Origin: the human T2T-CHM13v2.0 reference genome, Homo sapiens
DNA: 64,000 nt
NCBI RefSeq assembly: GCF_009914755.1
Contig: NC_060931.1
Direction: 5' to 3' (one strand)
Shown here piece by piece: positions 23,867 through 38,313 of this stretch (its first letter is position 1; each line of letters starts with the position of its first letter). Under the pieces are notes generated by a model, which saw nothing but the letters and a program-made list of their open reading frames with translations, was not told where the DNA came from and made no database searches. The position numbers and the translations under genes are program-made.

Positions 23867-24595
23867 CATCACCTCCTCTGATGCCTGGTTGTCTTTGTCC
23901 TTCATTTGAGTCCCTCCCATCAGTTGCATGTATATCATTGGTCCCTACAGTGGCACTGGCTCATGTCATCTCTCCCTTATCTTCTATTGTGTAGAAATAG
24001 TTAACAGATAACATTTAAGTGAACTGTTATTTATTTAAGGATGAAAATTAGGAAATTACTTTAGATCTCTAGTCGTTAAGTGAGGAAACTGAAGCTTTTA
24101 TTTTACTAAGTCTTTTGGGATAAAAATTAAGTTACTCATTCCTTGGGGGAAAGTATGGTGTGTAATACTCATCTTTTGCACTCAGCAGCTCACAAAAATG
24201 AAAAAAGCAATCAACAAGTATTTCTGAAAGAAAACATTAAACATTCTCCAGACTTTAATCACATGAGGATGGATAGAGGATGAGAGTTGGGATTTATTTT
24301 CAACTTTTCCCCCAAAATGTCAATAACAAATCATAAAACACATACACACATACACATACACATACACTTCACATTCCCTACTTCTAAAACCAGTGCCATC
24401 TGGATCTGGTCCTCCCTTTCCATTTCAGTAACAGTGATGTACTTTTCCCCAGGCTGCCCTCCAATGTCATCACCTCCTCTGATGCCTGGTTGTCTTTGTC
24501 CTTCATTTGAGTCCCTCCCATCATTTGCATGTATATCATTGGTCCCTACAGTGGCACTGGCTCATGTCATCTCTCCCTTATCTTCTATTGTGTAG
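23867..24595 (+). repeat. 128-bp direct duplication (23867-23994 and 24468-24595)
   Basis: The copies are identical except G23923 versus T24524; offset 601 bp. Confidence 0.97.
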
Positions 24596-24754
24596 TCTAT
24601 TCCTTCATCCCATCAAAGCTCATCTGCTAGGAGTCTTGTTTGCCTGATTATCCCAGTACCTCTTCCGGATGTTTTTCCAAGCTTTACTCATCTCTGTCTG
24701 GTCAGGGTTCATTCTATTTTTAGACAGCCACTCAAAGTCCACTTCTTTAAGGAG

Positions 24755-25200
24755 ACAATATGATATAGAGAAAAGACCTTATGACTAGGAATCAGATGGC
24801 CTCAATTTTAGGCCTGGTCCTCTTGAAAAGGTGCTTTCTGATCTGTGTCAGTCACTTAGCCTCTCTTCACCTCATTTTTATATGCACTAAATAGAGATCT
24901 ATTCATTCAACAGCAAAATTAAGTTGTTTTCAGACATTGTCCTGGGCACCAGGGCTCCAAAGAACAATAAAACATGGATCTTGTCCTTAAAGAACTTTCA
25001 GTTCAGTGGGGGAACAGAGAAGAAAATGGACAGTTGCAATACAAGATGACAAAAACTCAACTTTAGAAGAAAGTAATTAGGAAAGGGAGCTAGAAGATGT
25101 AGTTTAGCATCTCCAAGCTCTTATTATTTCATCTGCAAAGTGGGGGGCCTGTCCCACCTGTGTCACCATCCTCAAAGTATTGTTCTGGAAATCAAAGAAA
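24755..25200. mobile_element. MIR (+) and L2 (-) fragments
   Basis: MIR-like ggaatcagatggcctc...gtcacttagcctctc; L2 tail attcattcaacagc at ~24901; further MIR core ttcatctgcaaagtgggg. Confidence 0.6.
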
Positions 25201-26139
25201 AGGGCTTCAAATGCTTGAAAGAACCCTAAAATGTAAGACTGTTGTTCCCTATTGGTTGGAAGAGCAATTGTGAATTCTCCTTGATTAACGTCTTTTATAA
25301 CCGTGAAATTCCTGTAGTGCTCTTTTACTTGTCACTTCAAAGTTTGTATATTTTCACTTCTCCATAATGTTATGGAGAATGTATACTGTGGTACAGGGGT
25401 TTTTCAGACTGGCTGTACATCAGGATTGCTTGGATAAGAGTTGGAAGGCTGTGAGGGGAGGGTTGGAATTGGAAATATGACTTGTATGCATCCCATTTAG
25501 TGTAGTGCCACACAGAAAAATAATACCTTCTATAAAGTGACAAAAACCTCATTCGCTTAAGTGGATATTTTTTGATCCTCGCAACAACCTCACTATGTTT
25601 GCAACATACACGAAAAAAAATTAACATCCCAAGTCACAGATGGAAAAGTGTAGGATCAGAGTATATAGTATTCCCTTAAAGTGACCCAGCAATGACAAAA
25701 ATAGGTGACCTGGGCAAGAAGCCAAGGCTTCTTGTCCCCAGTCCGGGGTTCATTATATTACAGAGAAAGACATATCATGAATAACACCAAGGCTTGGACT
25801 TCTACCATTAGTCTAGAGTAAAGTGTTTCTCAGGCTTTGAAGACTTATGTCCTAATTTAAGAAAGAACAACCATACACTCTGTTTCTGCATGGCAGGCTA
25901 TATGCCATGACTAACTCTACCAGTTGACACAACTAAATGCTGGGAAAATACAATAAATATGCCTTTTTATGATATGCTGAGCTGTCATGAAAAGCATGAA
26001 AACAGAAATCCTGAGAGGTCAGCCTGTGCCAAACCAGCTTTCACATTGATAGTTTCTGCTAAATTCTGTGTTGAACAACTTCATGCCAGTAAATACAAAA
26101 ACTTCAGTGAAATGGTTATTCTTTTTAAAATACAGTTTT

Positions 26140-26290
26140 AAATTGACTAAACAAGAAAGTGAAAACTTGAATAATCCTATAACAATTAAAAATATCAGAA
26201 GTTAACCTTGCCACAAAAAATACAATAACGTGACACATGACTTTACAGGTGAATCCTACTGACATTTGCCTTATGGTTCCCATTACCCAC
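26140..26290 (+). mobile_element. Old L1 ORF2 fragment
   Basis: aaattgactaaacaagaaagtgaaaacttgaataatcctata...actttacaggtgaatcctac resembles early L1 ORF2. Confidence 0.6.
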
Positions 26291-28410
26291 CCTCTTTATA
26301 TTGTAGTTTCTTTTATATTATGTATACATACATTTTTAAAATTCCGTCTGTACTTATTTGGTCCCAGATATAAGGAGCTTGGAAAACGTCACTCTGTCCT
26401 AACAAGGGAAAACCTGAAAAAAATCAGTAACTCTTCTTATCTGTCAGAGAAGTGAGGTCAGAGGGCAAACCACTGCCCTGTGGTTTGGAGAAAAATACAG
26501 GTGCATACAGAGAATCACAAGTTTTTGCAGCAGAAACCCATGAGCAGAAACCTCTATGGGAGCTAGTATCAGCGCAAGAAAACCTGAAGTGTAATTAACT
26601 AATTGCTGGAGGCCCAGAGTGGACAGGTCTGAGAGTTAAAAACTCCAGAAGACCCAGTCATAAGGGAGCCTCCACACTTTCATGAGTTTTCCTTTCAGGA
26701 GCTTGACCATGTTCTGAAGTGAATATTTAAGGAAAATCCTTTCATGTTTCCAACAGTGTGAGAGGAAATCAAACGATTTTGAAATATGCCAGAGCATCCT
26801 ATCCTTCTTAACAAGGCCTTCCTTCAAGTGAAACTATTTTCCAGAGCATAAACTACTGGAGTTTTAACAGAGCCTAACCAACGTGAAAGACGGGAAATAC
26901 CTGATGTCAGTCCACAGTCAATCCTGTTTCACTGAAGGAGTGGAGGTGGGGAGCTAAGAAGGACTTGTGAAGTTTGCAGTTCAGATGCCAGCTGACTGCA
27001 ACACTGAGACCTAATCATAGGACTATAGAATGCCTTCTGTGCCCTCCCCTGCCCCACAACCTTACCACCACATTACTAAAGGCTTGTTTACCACAGTTCT
27101 TTTTACCCAGTACATCATATCCAGCTGCCAAGAAAAACTTACAAGGCATACTAAATGGCCAAAAATACAGTTTGAAAAGACATTTCAAGCATCAGAACCA
27201 GAGTCAGATATGGCATGATTGTTAGAATTGTCAGAATGGGAATTTAAAACAACTCTAGTATACTAAGGGTTCTGCACTGGATCAAATAAACAGCATGCTA
27301 GAACAAATGGGCAATGTAAACAGAGTGATGAAAATTCTAAGAATTAAGAAGTGCTAGAGATCACTGTAAAAGAAATGAAGATGCTTTTGATGGGCTCATT
27401 GGTAGACTGGACATGGCTGAGGAAAGAATTTCTGAGTTTGAGGATATGTCAATAGAAACTTCCCAAACAGAAAAGCAAAGAAAAAAAAATACTGGAACAA
27501 ATATCCAAGAAATGTTAGACATCTACAGAGATGTAACTTACACATAATGGGAATACCAGAAAGAGAAAAAAGAAACAAATATTTGAAGCAATAATGACTG
27601 AGAATGTTTTCAAATTAATGTCAGGCACCAAATCACAGAGCCAGGAAGATCGGAGAACATCAAAGTGGGTAAATACTAAAAATCCACACATAGGTATATG
27701 AGTTTCAAACTGCAGAAAATCAAAGATAAAGGAAATTCTTGAAAGAAGCTAGAGGGGAAAAACCCTGCCTATTAAGGAGAAAATAATCCTATCCACTTCT
27801 CAGAAACTAAGCAAGAAGGGTGGAGTAAAGTATTTAGTGCTGAAAGAAAAATTCACTAGCCTAGAACTCTGTACCCTGCAAAATGATCCTTCAAAAATGA
27901 AAGGGAAATAAAGACTTTCTCAAACAAACAAAACTGAGGGAATTTGTTGTCAGCAGACCAGCCTTGCAAGAAATGTGTTAAAAGAAGTGATTCAGAGAAA
28001 AGGAAAATAATATAGGTTAGAAATTTGGATCTACATAAAGAAGAGCATCAGAGAAAGAGTAAGTGAAAGTAAAATAAAAATTTTTATCTTTATTAGTTTT
28101 GATTGATCTAACAGATAATGTTTATTCAAAATAATAAACAATGTATTAAAATATATATATAATGTATAAGTGAAATGAAATATATATTGAATACATATAT
28201 ACATACACGTAGTGAAATGAATGACAACAATGATACAAGAGATGGGATGGAAGAATTAGGATTATTTTGTTGTTATAAGGTATTCGCACTACTTATGAAA
28301 AAGTATAGTGTTATTTGAAAGTGGACTTGGATTAGTTGTAAATATGTATTGTAGATATACTAGGGCAACCTCTAAAAAGTTACATATATGTTATATAACT
28401 TTATATAATA

Positions 28411-28412
28411 TA

Positions 28413-28450
<38 letters not shown>
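28411..28450. repeat. (TG)n(TA)n microsatellite
   Basis: Seen directly. Confidence 0.92.
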
Positions 28451-28611
28451 GAAAGGATAGAGAATGGAATCATATAAAATACTCAATGAAACCACAAAAG
28501 GAAGAAAAAGAGTGAAAGAGAAAAATAGGAAAAAAAATGGGGGGTGGGCAAGAAATAGAAAACAGTAACAAATATGATAGATCTTAATCCAGTTATGTTA
28601 ATAGTCACTTT

Positions 28612-29066
28612 GGGTTTTTTTTCATTTTAATTTTTGCTTTTTGTCTTTTCTTTTTATAGATTTAGGGAGTAAAGTGCAGTTTTGTTACATGGATATATTG
28701 CATAGTGAATGAAGTCTGGACTTTTACTGTAACCATCACCCAAATAGTATACATTATATCCCATGTATAATTTCTCATCCCTCACCCCTCTCCCAACCTT
28801 CCACCTTTTGGAGTCTCCAATGTCGATTATTCCACTTGCTATGTCCATGTGTACACATATTTGGCTTTTGTTTATAAGTGAGAGCATGTGGTATTTGACT
28901 TTCTGTTTCTGGGTTATATCACTTGAGATAATGGCCTCCAGCTCATTCAGTGTTGCAAAAAAGACATGACTTCATTCTTTTTTTTTAAATAAACGGGTAG
29001 TATTCCATAGTGTATATATAAATATACTATATTTTCTTTATCCCATCATCCATTGATGGACAACTG
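28612..29066 (-). mobile_element. L1PB-like 3' end inserted in the older L1
   Basis: T-rich tail and reverse L1PB 3' UTR (gaagtctggacttttactgtaaccatcaccc); TSD aatagtcacttt (28600-11) / aataatcacttt (29072-83). Confidence 0.85.
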
Positions 29067-29990
29067 TGATCAATAATCACTTTCAATGCTAATGATCTAA
29101 ATACACCAATTAAAAGATACATTGTCTTAATGAATCAAAAAACAAGACCCAACTATATCTTGTCAACGAGAAATTCATTTTAAATATAAAGACACATATA
29201 GATTAAAAGAAGGGAATGGAGAAGTATATACCATAACACTAATCAAAAGAAAGCAGAAGTCAATGTATTAATTTCAGACAGGGACTTCAGAGAAAGTAAG
29301 TTATCAGGGATAAAGAGGGGCCAAACATAATGATAAAGAGGTCAGTTCTCTGTAATGATAAAGAGGTCAGTGCCTCCTTCTTCAAATGTGCAAACATCAG
29401 TGCATGGCCACAAGGATCACAGATAATCAGGGAAACTTGACACTGTCATGGGAGTAAAATAAAGCACCAGTAACCAGCTCTAAAGAAATGGAGCTTTATT
29501 GAGTGCCTGAGAAATAATTCAAATTAATCATCTTAAAGAAGCTCAGTGAACTGCAAGAAAACACAGTAGACAACTAAACAAAATTGGGAAAACAATGCAT
29601 GAAGAAAATAAAGTGTTCAACAAAGGAATAAAAACCATGAAAAAGAACCAAACAAATTCTAGTGCTAAAGAACACAGTGAATGAACTGAAAACTTCAAGA
29701 GTGCTCCAATTGGAGACTCAATTGAGCAGAGGAAAGAATCAGAGAGCCCAAAGACAAGTCATTTGAGATTACGCAGTTTGAGGAACAAAAAGATAAAATA
29801 ATGTAGACAGCCTATAAGAATTGTGGGACATAATCAAGCCAACTAACATATGCATTATGGAAGTTCTTCAAAAATGAAGGGGAGATAAGGATGTTCCCAG
29901 GCAAACAAAGGCTGTGGGAGTTCATCACTACTAGATCTACCTTACAAGAAATGTTAAAGAGAGTTCTTCAGGTTTAAATGAAAGGACACA

Positions 29991-30318
<328 letters not shown>

Positions 30319-30504
30319 CTATGAAAGTATAAAACTCACTATATAGATGAGAATGTAGTTAAATTGAGACTACATTAATACCATCATGGTGGTGCATAAA
30401 TCACTTTGACCTCTAGTATTAAAATTAAAAGACAAAAGTAATAAAAATAACTATACTTATGATAATTTGGTAACAGATACACATTATCTACAAAATGTAA
30501 ATTA

Positions 30505-30629
<125 letters not shown>

Positions 30630-33600
30630 AAAATGTAAATTATGACATTAATAACATAATGTGAGTGAGAAGTTTAAGATTTATCATATGCAAGTGAAGT
30701 TCTTTTCAGCTTAAAATAGACTTATAACTATGAGATGTTTTACATAAGCCTCATGGTAACCACATACACACATACACACACACATGAATAGACCTGTAGT
30801 GGGTACACAAAAGAGAAAGAGAAAGAAAGCTTACCACTATGAAAAAAATTATCAAATTACAAAGAAGACAGCGAGAGAGGAAGAATAGAACAAAAGTACT
30901 ACAAAACAATTAGAAACAACAAAATGGCAATAGAAGTCCTTCTCATTAATTACATTAAATATAAATAGATTCTTCAATCAAAAGACAGAGTGGCTGAATG
31001 GATTAGAAAACAAGACACAACTACATGCAGCATAGAAGAGATTCACTTTACCTTTAAAAATACACATAGCCTGAAAATGAAGGAATGAAAAAAGATATTT
31101 CATGAAAACTGTAGACAAAAGAGAGCAGGGGTGTCTATACTTACGTCAGGCAAAATAGACTTTAGTCAAAAAATGTCACAAGAAACAAAGATATATATAA
31201 TTATATATTGATAAAGTGGTCAATTCATCAAGAAGGTATAACGATTGTAAATATGTATTTGCCCAATGTTGGAACACCTAAATACATAAAGAAAATATTA
31301 ATAGAACTGAAGGATGAAACAAATAGTAACACAGTAGTAGTAAGGGACTTCAGACCCCACTCTCCACAATGGATAAATCATCCAGGCAGAAAATCAATAA
31401 GAAAAACAGCTGACCTGAACAAAACTAGTGACCAAGTAGACCTAACAGACATATGTATAACATTCCATTCAACAGCAGCAGAACGCATGATATTTTTGAA
31501 TGCACATGGAACATTACCCAGGATAGATCATATGTTAGGTCACAAAACAAGTCCTAACAAATCCAAGAAGATTGACATAATATTAAGTATCTTCTTTTAC
31601 CTCAATGCTATGAAACTATAATAACAGGAAAATTGGAAAATTCACAAATATGTTGAAATTAAACAAAATACTCCTGAATAACCAATGGGTCAAAGAAGAA
31701 ATCAAAAAGGAAATCCAAAAGTATCTTGAGACAAAAGAAAACAGAAGCACAACACAGACAAAACTTATGGGATATAGCAAAAGCAGTTCTAAGAGGAAAG
31801 TTTATAGCAATAAATGCCTACATCAAAAAATATGAAAGATTTTAAATAAATAACCTAGTGTTACACCTCAAAGAACTAGAAAAGGAAGAACAAACTAAGA
31901 CCAAAGTCAGCATAGGAATGAAATAATAAAGATCCGAGCAGAAATACATAGAGACTAGAAAAATAATAGAAAAGATCAATGAAGAGTTGCACTTTTGAAA
32001 AACAAACAAAATAATGCAAACCTTTAGCTAGAGTAAGAAAAAAAGAAGATGCAAATAAAATTATAAATGGAGGAAGAGACATTACAACCTCTACCACAGA
32101 AATCAAAAAGATCTTAAGAGACTAATATAAAAACTATAGGCCAGCAAATTGGATTACCCAGAGGAAATGTACAAAGTCCTAGAAACATACAACTTACCAA
32201 GACTGAATTATGAAGAAATATAAAATCTGAATAGATTAATAATCTTGTGTATAGTAAATCCTTAGGACTCCTTAAAAAAACTGTTAAATAAACCCTTAAG
32301 ACTCCTTTTAAAAACTATTAAAAGCAATAAATTGAGTAAAGTTGCGGGACGAAAATCAACATATAAAAATCTGTAGCATTTCTATACACTAACAAGAAAC
32401 TACCTGAAAAAGAAATCAAGAAAAATCCCATTTGCAATAATAAAAAATATCAGGAATAAATTTAGCCAAGGAGGTGAAAGATCTATACACTGAAAACTAT
32501 AAAGCATTGATGAAAAAAAAGGAAAAAAACACAAATGAAAAAATATCCTGTCTTTTTGAATCAGGAGAATTAATATTGTTAAAATGTCCATACTCTGCAA
32601 AGTGGTCTATAGATTCAATACAAACCCATCAAAATTCCAGTGACGTTTTTCACAGAAATAGAAAAATCAATTCTCAAATTTGTATGCAACCACAAAAGAC
32701 TCTAAATAGCCAAAGCAGTCCTGAGCAAAAAGATCAAAGCTGGAGGCATCACACTACCTGATTTTAAAATATACTACAAAGCTATAGTAATCAAAACAGC
32801 ATTGTACTGCAATAAATACAGAAACACTGACCAATGGAACATAACAGAGTCCAGAAATAATTCCATGTGTTTACAGTCAACTGATCTTTAACAAAGGTAT
32901 TAAGAATACACAATGGAGAAAATAAATGGTGCTGAGAAACCTGGGCATCCATATGCAGAAGAATGAAAAATTGCCCCTTATCTCACATCATATACAAAAA
33001 TGAATGAAAAAAGACTTAAAAGTAAGATGTGAAACTGCAGACTACTAATGGAAAACATAAGGAAAAGCTTCTTAACATTGATCTGGGCAGTGATTATTTG
33101 GACATGACCACAACAGCAAAAATAGACAAAGGGGATTTCATTAAACTTAAAAGCTCTGCACAGCAAAGGAGACAATCAAAAGAGTAAACAGACAACCTAT
33201 GGAATGGGGAAAATATTTGTGAACCGTGTATCTAATGAATATCCAAAATACATAAGGGACACAAAAAACTCAATAGCAAGGAAACAAAGAATCTGATTGA
33301 AAAATGGGCAAAGGACCTGAATAGACATTTCTCAAAAGAAGACATACAGATGGCCAACAGGTATATGAATAAATGCTCAACATCATTCATCATCAGGAAA
33401 ATAAATTAAACCACAATGAGATATCACCTCACACCTTTTAGAATGACTATGATCAAAAAGACAAAAGTGCTGGCGAGAAAGTGGAGTAAAAGGAACCCTT
33501 GCACATTGTTGGAAATGTAAATTAGTGCAGCCATTAGTGTAAAGAAAGCAGTATGGAGATTCTTAAAAAAATTAAAAATAGAACTACTATATCATCCAGC

Positions 33601-33805
33601 AATCCCACCATATCCAAAGGAAATAAAATAAGTATGTCAAAGAGATACCTGTATTCCCATGTTTATTGCACCATTATTCACCATAGCCAAGGTATGGAAT
33701 TAACCTAACCTGGATAAAGAAAATGTGGTAGTACATACAGTGGAATACTATTTAGCCTTTAAAAAGAAGGAAATCCTGTCATTTGTGAAAATGTGGATAA
33801 ACCTA

Positions 33806-34192
<387 letters not shown>

Positions 34193-34554
34193 TTATTTGT
34201 GGAATGTAAGAAAGTCAGACTCATAGAAGCAGAAAGTAGAATGGTGGCTCTCAGGTTCTAGTTTGTGGGGTTCAGATGAAGAAGGGGAGGTGTTGGTTGA
34301 AGCATACCAAGTTTCAGTTAAACATTGTGACTATAGTTAGTAATAATGTATACTTGAAAATTGTTAAGTGAGTAGATCCTAAATACTCTCACCACACAAA
34401 AAATGAAAAGTATGTGAAATACTAGATATGTTAATTAGCATTTCACAGCGTATACACATTCAATATCAAAGCATCACTTTGTATACCGTAAATATATACA
34501 ATTTTTATTTGTCATTTATACTTTAATAAAGCTTGAGAAAATACATACATAAAA

Positions 34555-35990
34555 TACAATTTACATGGAAGAGCAAAGGCCTCAAAACAGCCATTCTTGA
34601 AAAATTTGCTCCACCAGATATCAAGTCTAATTGTAAAGCTAAAACATAGTATGGAATTAATGTAGGGATATACTAATAGACCAATGCATCATAATAATGT
34701 CTCCAGAAACAGAATGTCCAAATATGACAGAGATAATATTGCAGATCAGTGGGTAAAAATAGTTTTCAATAAGTGTTGCTGAAGCAATTGGATAACCATA
34801 TTGAGAAAAATGAAATTAGACTCATACTTCAACCATACAGAAAAGTCAATTTTGGTTGGATTAAATACTTAAATGTGAAAGACAAAACAACAAATATTTT
34901 AGGAACACATGTAGGAGAATGTCTTTATGACCTCAGTGCAGTGAAGGATTCCTTAATTTCATCATAGCCTAAAAGAAAAATACTGATTGCCTTAAAATTA
35001 AGAATTTATAGTCATCAAAAGACACTATAAGAAAAGATAAAAATCATGTCATAAAGTGGAAGAAAATATTTCCAGTGCATATAACTGGCAAAGAATTAGT
35101 ATTTAGAGTGTCTAAGGAACCTCCAGCAGTTTGATAAGAAAGCAACATCTTAATATGAGCAAAAACATACATGGATGGCTTGCAGAAGATAAACAATTAA
35201 TATGCTAAAATTGGAAAAAAAAAACCTAATCTCATTAGTAATTGAGGAAATGCAAATTAAAACACAATATTTTGTTGCATCTACCAGATAGGAGAAAAAG
35301 GAGAAGTCTACAAATACCAGTTGGAAAGGACATAGAACAGAAAATACCCACATCTGTTGAATCTGTTGGCTCAGCTCAACTGTTTTGGCCAAGAGTTTGG
35401 CATTTGTTAGTAAAGTTGCACGTGCACATAACCTATCACCAGGAATTACATTCCTAGATGTATAACTTAGAGAAAATCTTGCCCAATAGGAATTTTGAGA
35501 ATGCTCATAAAAGCATGATTAAAAAAAAGAAAAACCAAAACCCCCAAACCATCTAAAAAGGCATCAACTGTAGATTTGACCAATTTCAATATATTCTTAC
35601 TGTGGGGTACTACACAGCAACAAAAGTTAATTAAAGCTACAAGGATTAACATGGATGAATCTCAGAGACAGAAGCAAATTATAGAATGTATATATTACGA
35701 TTCTGTTTATGAAAGTCTGAAATCAGGCAAACATAACAACATATTGTTTTAGGGTATATACCTAGATGGCAAACTGTAAGGCAAAGATTAACAAAATTTT
35801 TAAATTGAGGTTACTTCTTGGAAGTTGAGGAGAGAGAAAATACCACTGGGGAGGGGCCAGAAGGCCTGTTTTATTTCCTAAGCTGGTTGGTGAGCAAATC
35901 TTTCATTCATTCTATTATTAAAAAAAAAAAAATTCATATAAGTCTTACTCTTTTGGCTGTTTAATTTATTTTACCATAAAAAATTTAAAA
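34555..35990 (+). mobile_element. L1ME-type ORF2 3' end and 3' UTR
   Basis: Degenerate ORF2 motifs (ttcaataagtgttgctgaagcaattggataacc; tcattagtaattgaggaaatgcaaattaaaac) and ME-type UTR (aacatggatgaatctc). Confidence 0.75.
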
Positions 35991-36649
35991 ACAGAAAACG
36001 ACATGCCTCTAATTTCCCTCATGATTCTGATAAATTTCAGCCCTTGAGAGAGATGTGCCCAATTTGCAAATCTCTGTGTATCTTGGCCAAAAGAGCTTTT
36101 TGTCAGACTTTATTTCCCTTGGTTTAAGAAAACAATGGCTATTTTAGTTTTCTAAATGTAAAATTATATATAATACTATACTGAATATGACTTTTATAAC
36201 TATAAATACCTATCCTTGTCTGTTTAGATATCTATTTCTTTTCCACCCACCACCTACCACCCACCTCCACCCTCAACCCTTGAATATTACCACACAGTGG
36301 CCACATTAGAAGCCAAGGATTGCTAGTGGGCAGAAAATTTTGCAGCTGTTAACTTCTGAGCTAACAATCCCATCTGTATCTCCTCATCCTGTAAACATTC
36401 TGTTTGGCAGTACTGTTGAGATCTATTTCTCCTCTTTTACTTTCTAATTAACTTTCCATGTGTTTTCTTTAAATTCACCACCAGCTTGGCATAAAGTAAT
36501 TTGCTTCACCAGGTGGTGTTTCACACATTCCAGATGTTAATATAGGTCTTAACCCTGTATCAGCTTCATGAGTAACAACAGCGCAATAGTACTTTATGAC
36601 AGCCACCAAATGAGTTGCAGAATATAGTTGATAAAAGATAATTGTAAAT

Positions 36650-36772
36650 AGAGAAACCATGTAATTGATTATCCAAACTGTAACATTTTGGGGGAGTTAA
36701 AGGGGGCACTATTAATAATTATGCTGAAATAACAGGTGTAAAATAGAATAGTCCTGGGTGTAGGTCATCCTG
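36650..36772 (+). mobile_element. MER94-like (hAT-Blackjack) MITE
   Basis: aaagggggcactattaataattatgctgaaataacaggtgtaaa...ggtcatcct resembles the MER94 consensus. Confidence 0.7.
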
Positions 36773-37229
36773 ATGATAGAGGAAGCTAGCTCAGTGAGTA
36801 CCCAGCTGAAGGCACATCTGGTCTGGTACAGGTTATCCTTTCAACGATTGAAACATCATAAACAGTAATCACCCTGGGTTAAGAAATGTGTACGGCCATA
36901 ATTGTAGTCCTGAACCAGTACTCTCAGTAGATGTGTCTGCTAGGCTTCATTGACACCAACCAATGATGTACCTGTTTATTGATAAGGAGTTTTATTGGAA
37001 ATTCATGTGAAGCAACAAGTGCCCAACTATTCTATGAGGGAAAGGTCATTTTGTATGTTTTGTCATTTTTTTGTTTGATTACCACCTGACGAAGCACAAA
37101 ATTATAGTACCTTGGGTCCTATTCTATATGGGCTCAAAATCTAGAAATATGACAGGAAGAATGAAAATTTTATCTGGAGATGAAATAGAAATGAGTTGTA
37201 CAGGTTTATAAATAATAATAAAATTATGA

Positions 37230-37445
37230 AAATGAGCCTTTATTGTGTTCCTACTATGTTCCAGGCACTGAATTCTACTCATATTATAGCACCTACTCAT
37301 CTTAACAGCCATATGAAGAAGGTATTATTTCTGTTGTCCACATGAGGAAACTGCCAAGAAATTTGCCCAGGGTTACATAGGTGGAAGACTTAAGGAAATA
37401 AATTTAAGTCTGTTTGATTTAAAAACCTGTCTTCTATCTACTATG
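37230..37445 (-). mobile_element. MIR
   Basis: ctactatgttccaggcactg...atgaggaaactg...ttgcccagggttaca. Confidence 0.75.
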
Positions 37446-37927
37446 ACTACTGATCCTCTGGATTTTTTCTTTTATTATGTAGATTACCAACTGTATCACT
37501 GCTGGTGCAAGGGTCAGGCTCCCTTTGCACATTCCTAAAGTGACTCTTAAGTTTCATGTAAACAACTGCTATTGTAATTAATACATTAATTTCAGGAAGC
37601 ACCTTACCATGATTTTTATGTCTGTTAGTGATGGAGCCTAACAGATCCAATTCTCCTACTTAGGTGGGTAATGCTGATATTTTTCCTCATAAAGATACGG
37701 TCATAAGATATGCTTAACTGTTTACTTAGCCACAGTTAAGGATTAGCAGTTGTTTATAACTTATCTTAGCAATTAGAATAAATATATAATCATCTTAGTT
37801 AAGCTCTCATAACATTTCTAAGTTGTCACACTAAATTATATGTCTGAAAATTAAAAAGAGAAATTACTAGGATGGTGGGTAGTCTAGTTTAACTAGACTA
37901 GCTATGAATATGTATCCATTTTGGAAG

Positions 37928-38313
37928 TGATATGGTTTGGATTTGTGTCCCCACCTAAATTCACATTGAATTGTAATTCTCAGTGTTGGAGGAGAGGGGC
38001 CTGGTGGGAGGTGATTGGAACATGGGGGTGGACTTCCCCCTTGCTGTGCTCATGATAGTGAGTAAGTTCTCACAAGATCTGGTTGTTTAAAAATGTGTAG
38101 CACTTCTCCCTTCTCTCTCTTCCTCCTGCTCTGGCCATGTAAGACATGCTTGGTTCCCCTTCACCTTCCGCTGTGATTCTAAGTTTTCTGAGGCCTCCCC
38201 AGCCCTGCTTCCTGTACTGCCTGCAGAACTGTGAAGTCAATTAAACCTCTTTTCTTTATAAATTATCCAGTCTCATGTGGTTCCTTATAGCAATGCAAGA
38301 ACAGATTAATGCA
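37928..38313 (+). mobile_element. MSTA LTR (MaLR), 5' LTR
   Basis: tgatatggtttggatttgtgtccccacc ... caattaaacctcttttctttataaatt ... attaatgca. Confidence 0.93.

Larger units (their letters stand above)
26350..29350 (+). mobile_element. Old L1M (MD/MC-type) 5' UTR, ORF1 and start of ORF2
   Basis: ORF1 motifs (gactggacatggctgaggaaagaat; cctagaactctgtaccctgcaaaa; gaatttgttgtcagcagaccagccttgcaagaaat) and EN start (ctaaatacaccaattaaaaga). Confidence 0.8.

Noticed and set aside
31208-32761. ORFs of 137 aa and shorter with endonuclease/ORF2-like residues
   Set aside because: Fragments of a dead L1MA with frameshifts and a large internal deletion near 32240; not a gene.
37880-37900. TAGTCTAGTT-T-AACTAGACTA near-palindrome
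   Set aside because: Ten-bp AT-rich arms with no other support; too short to interpret.
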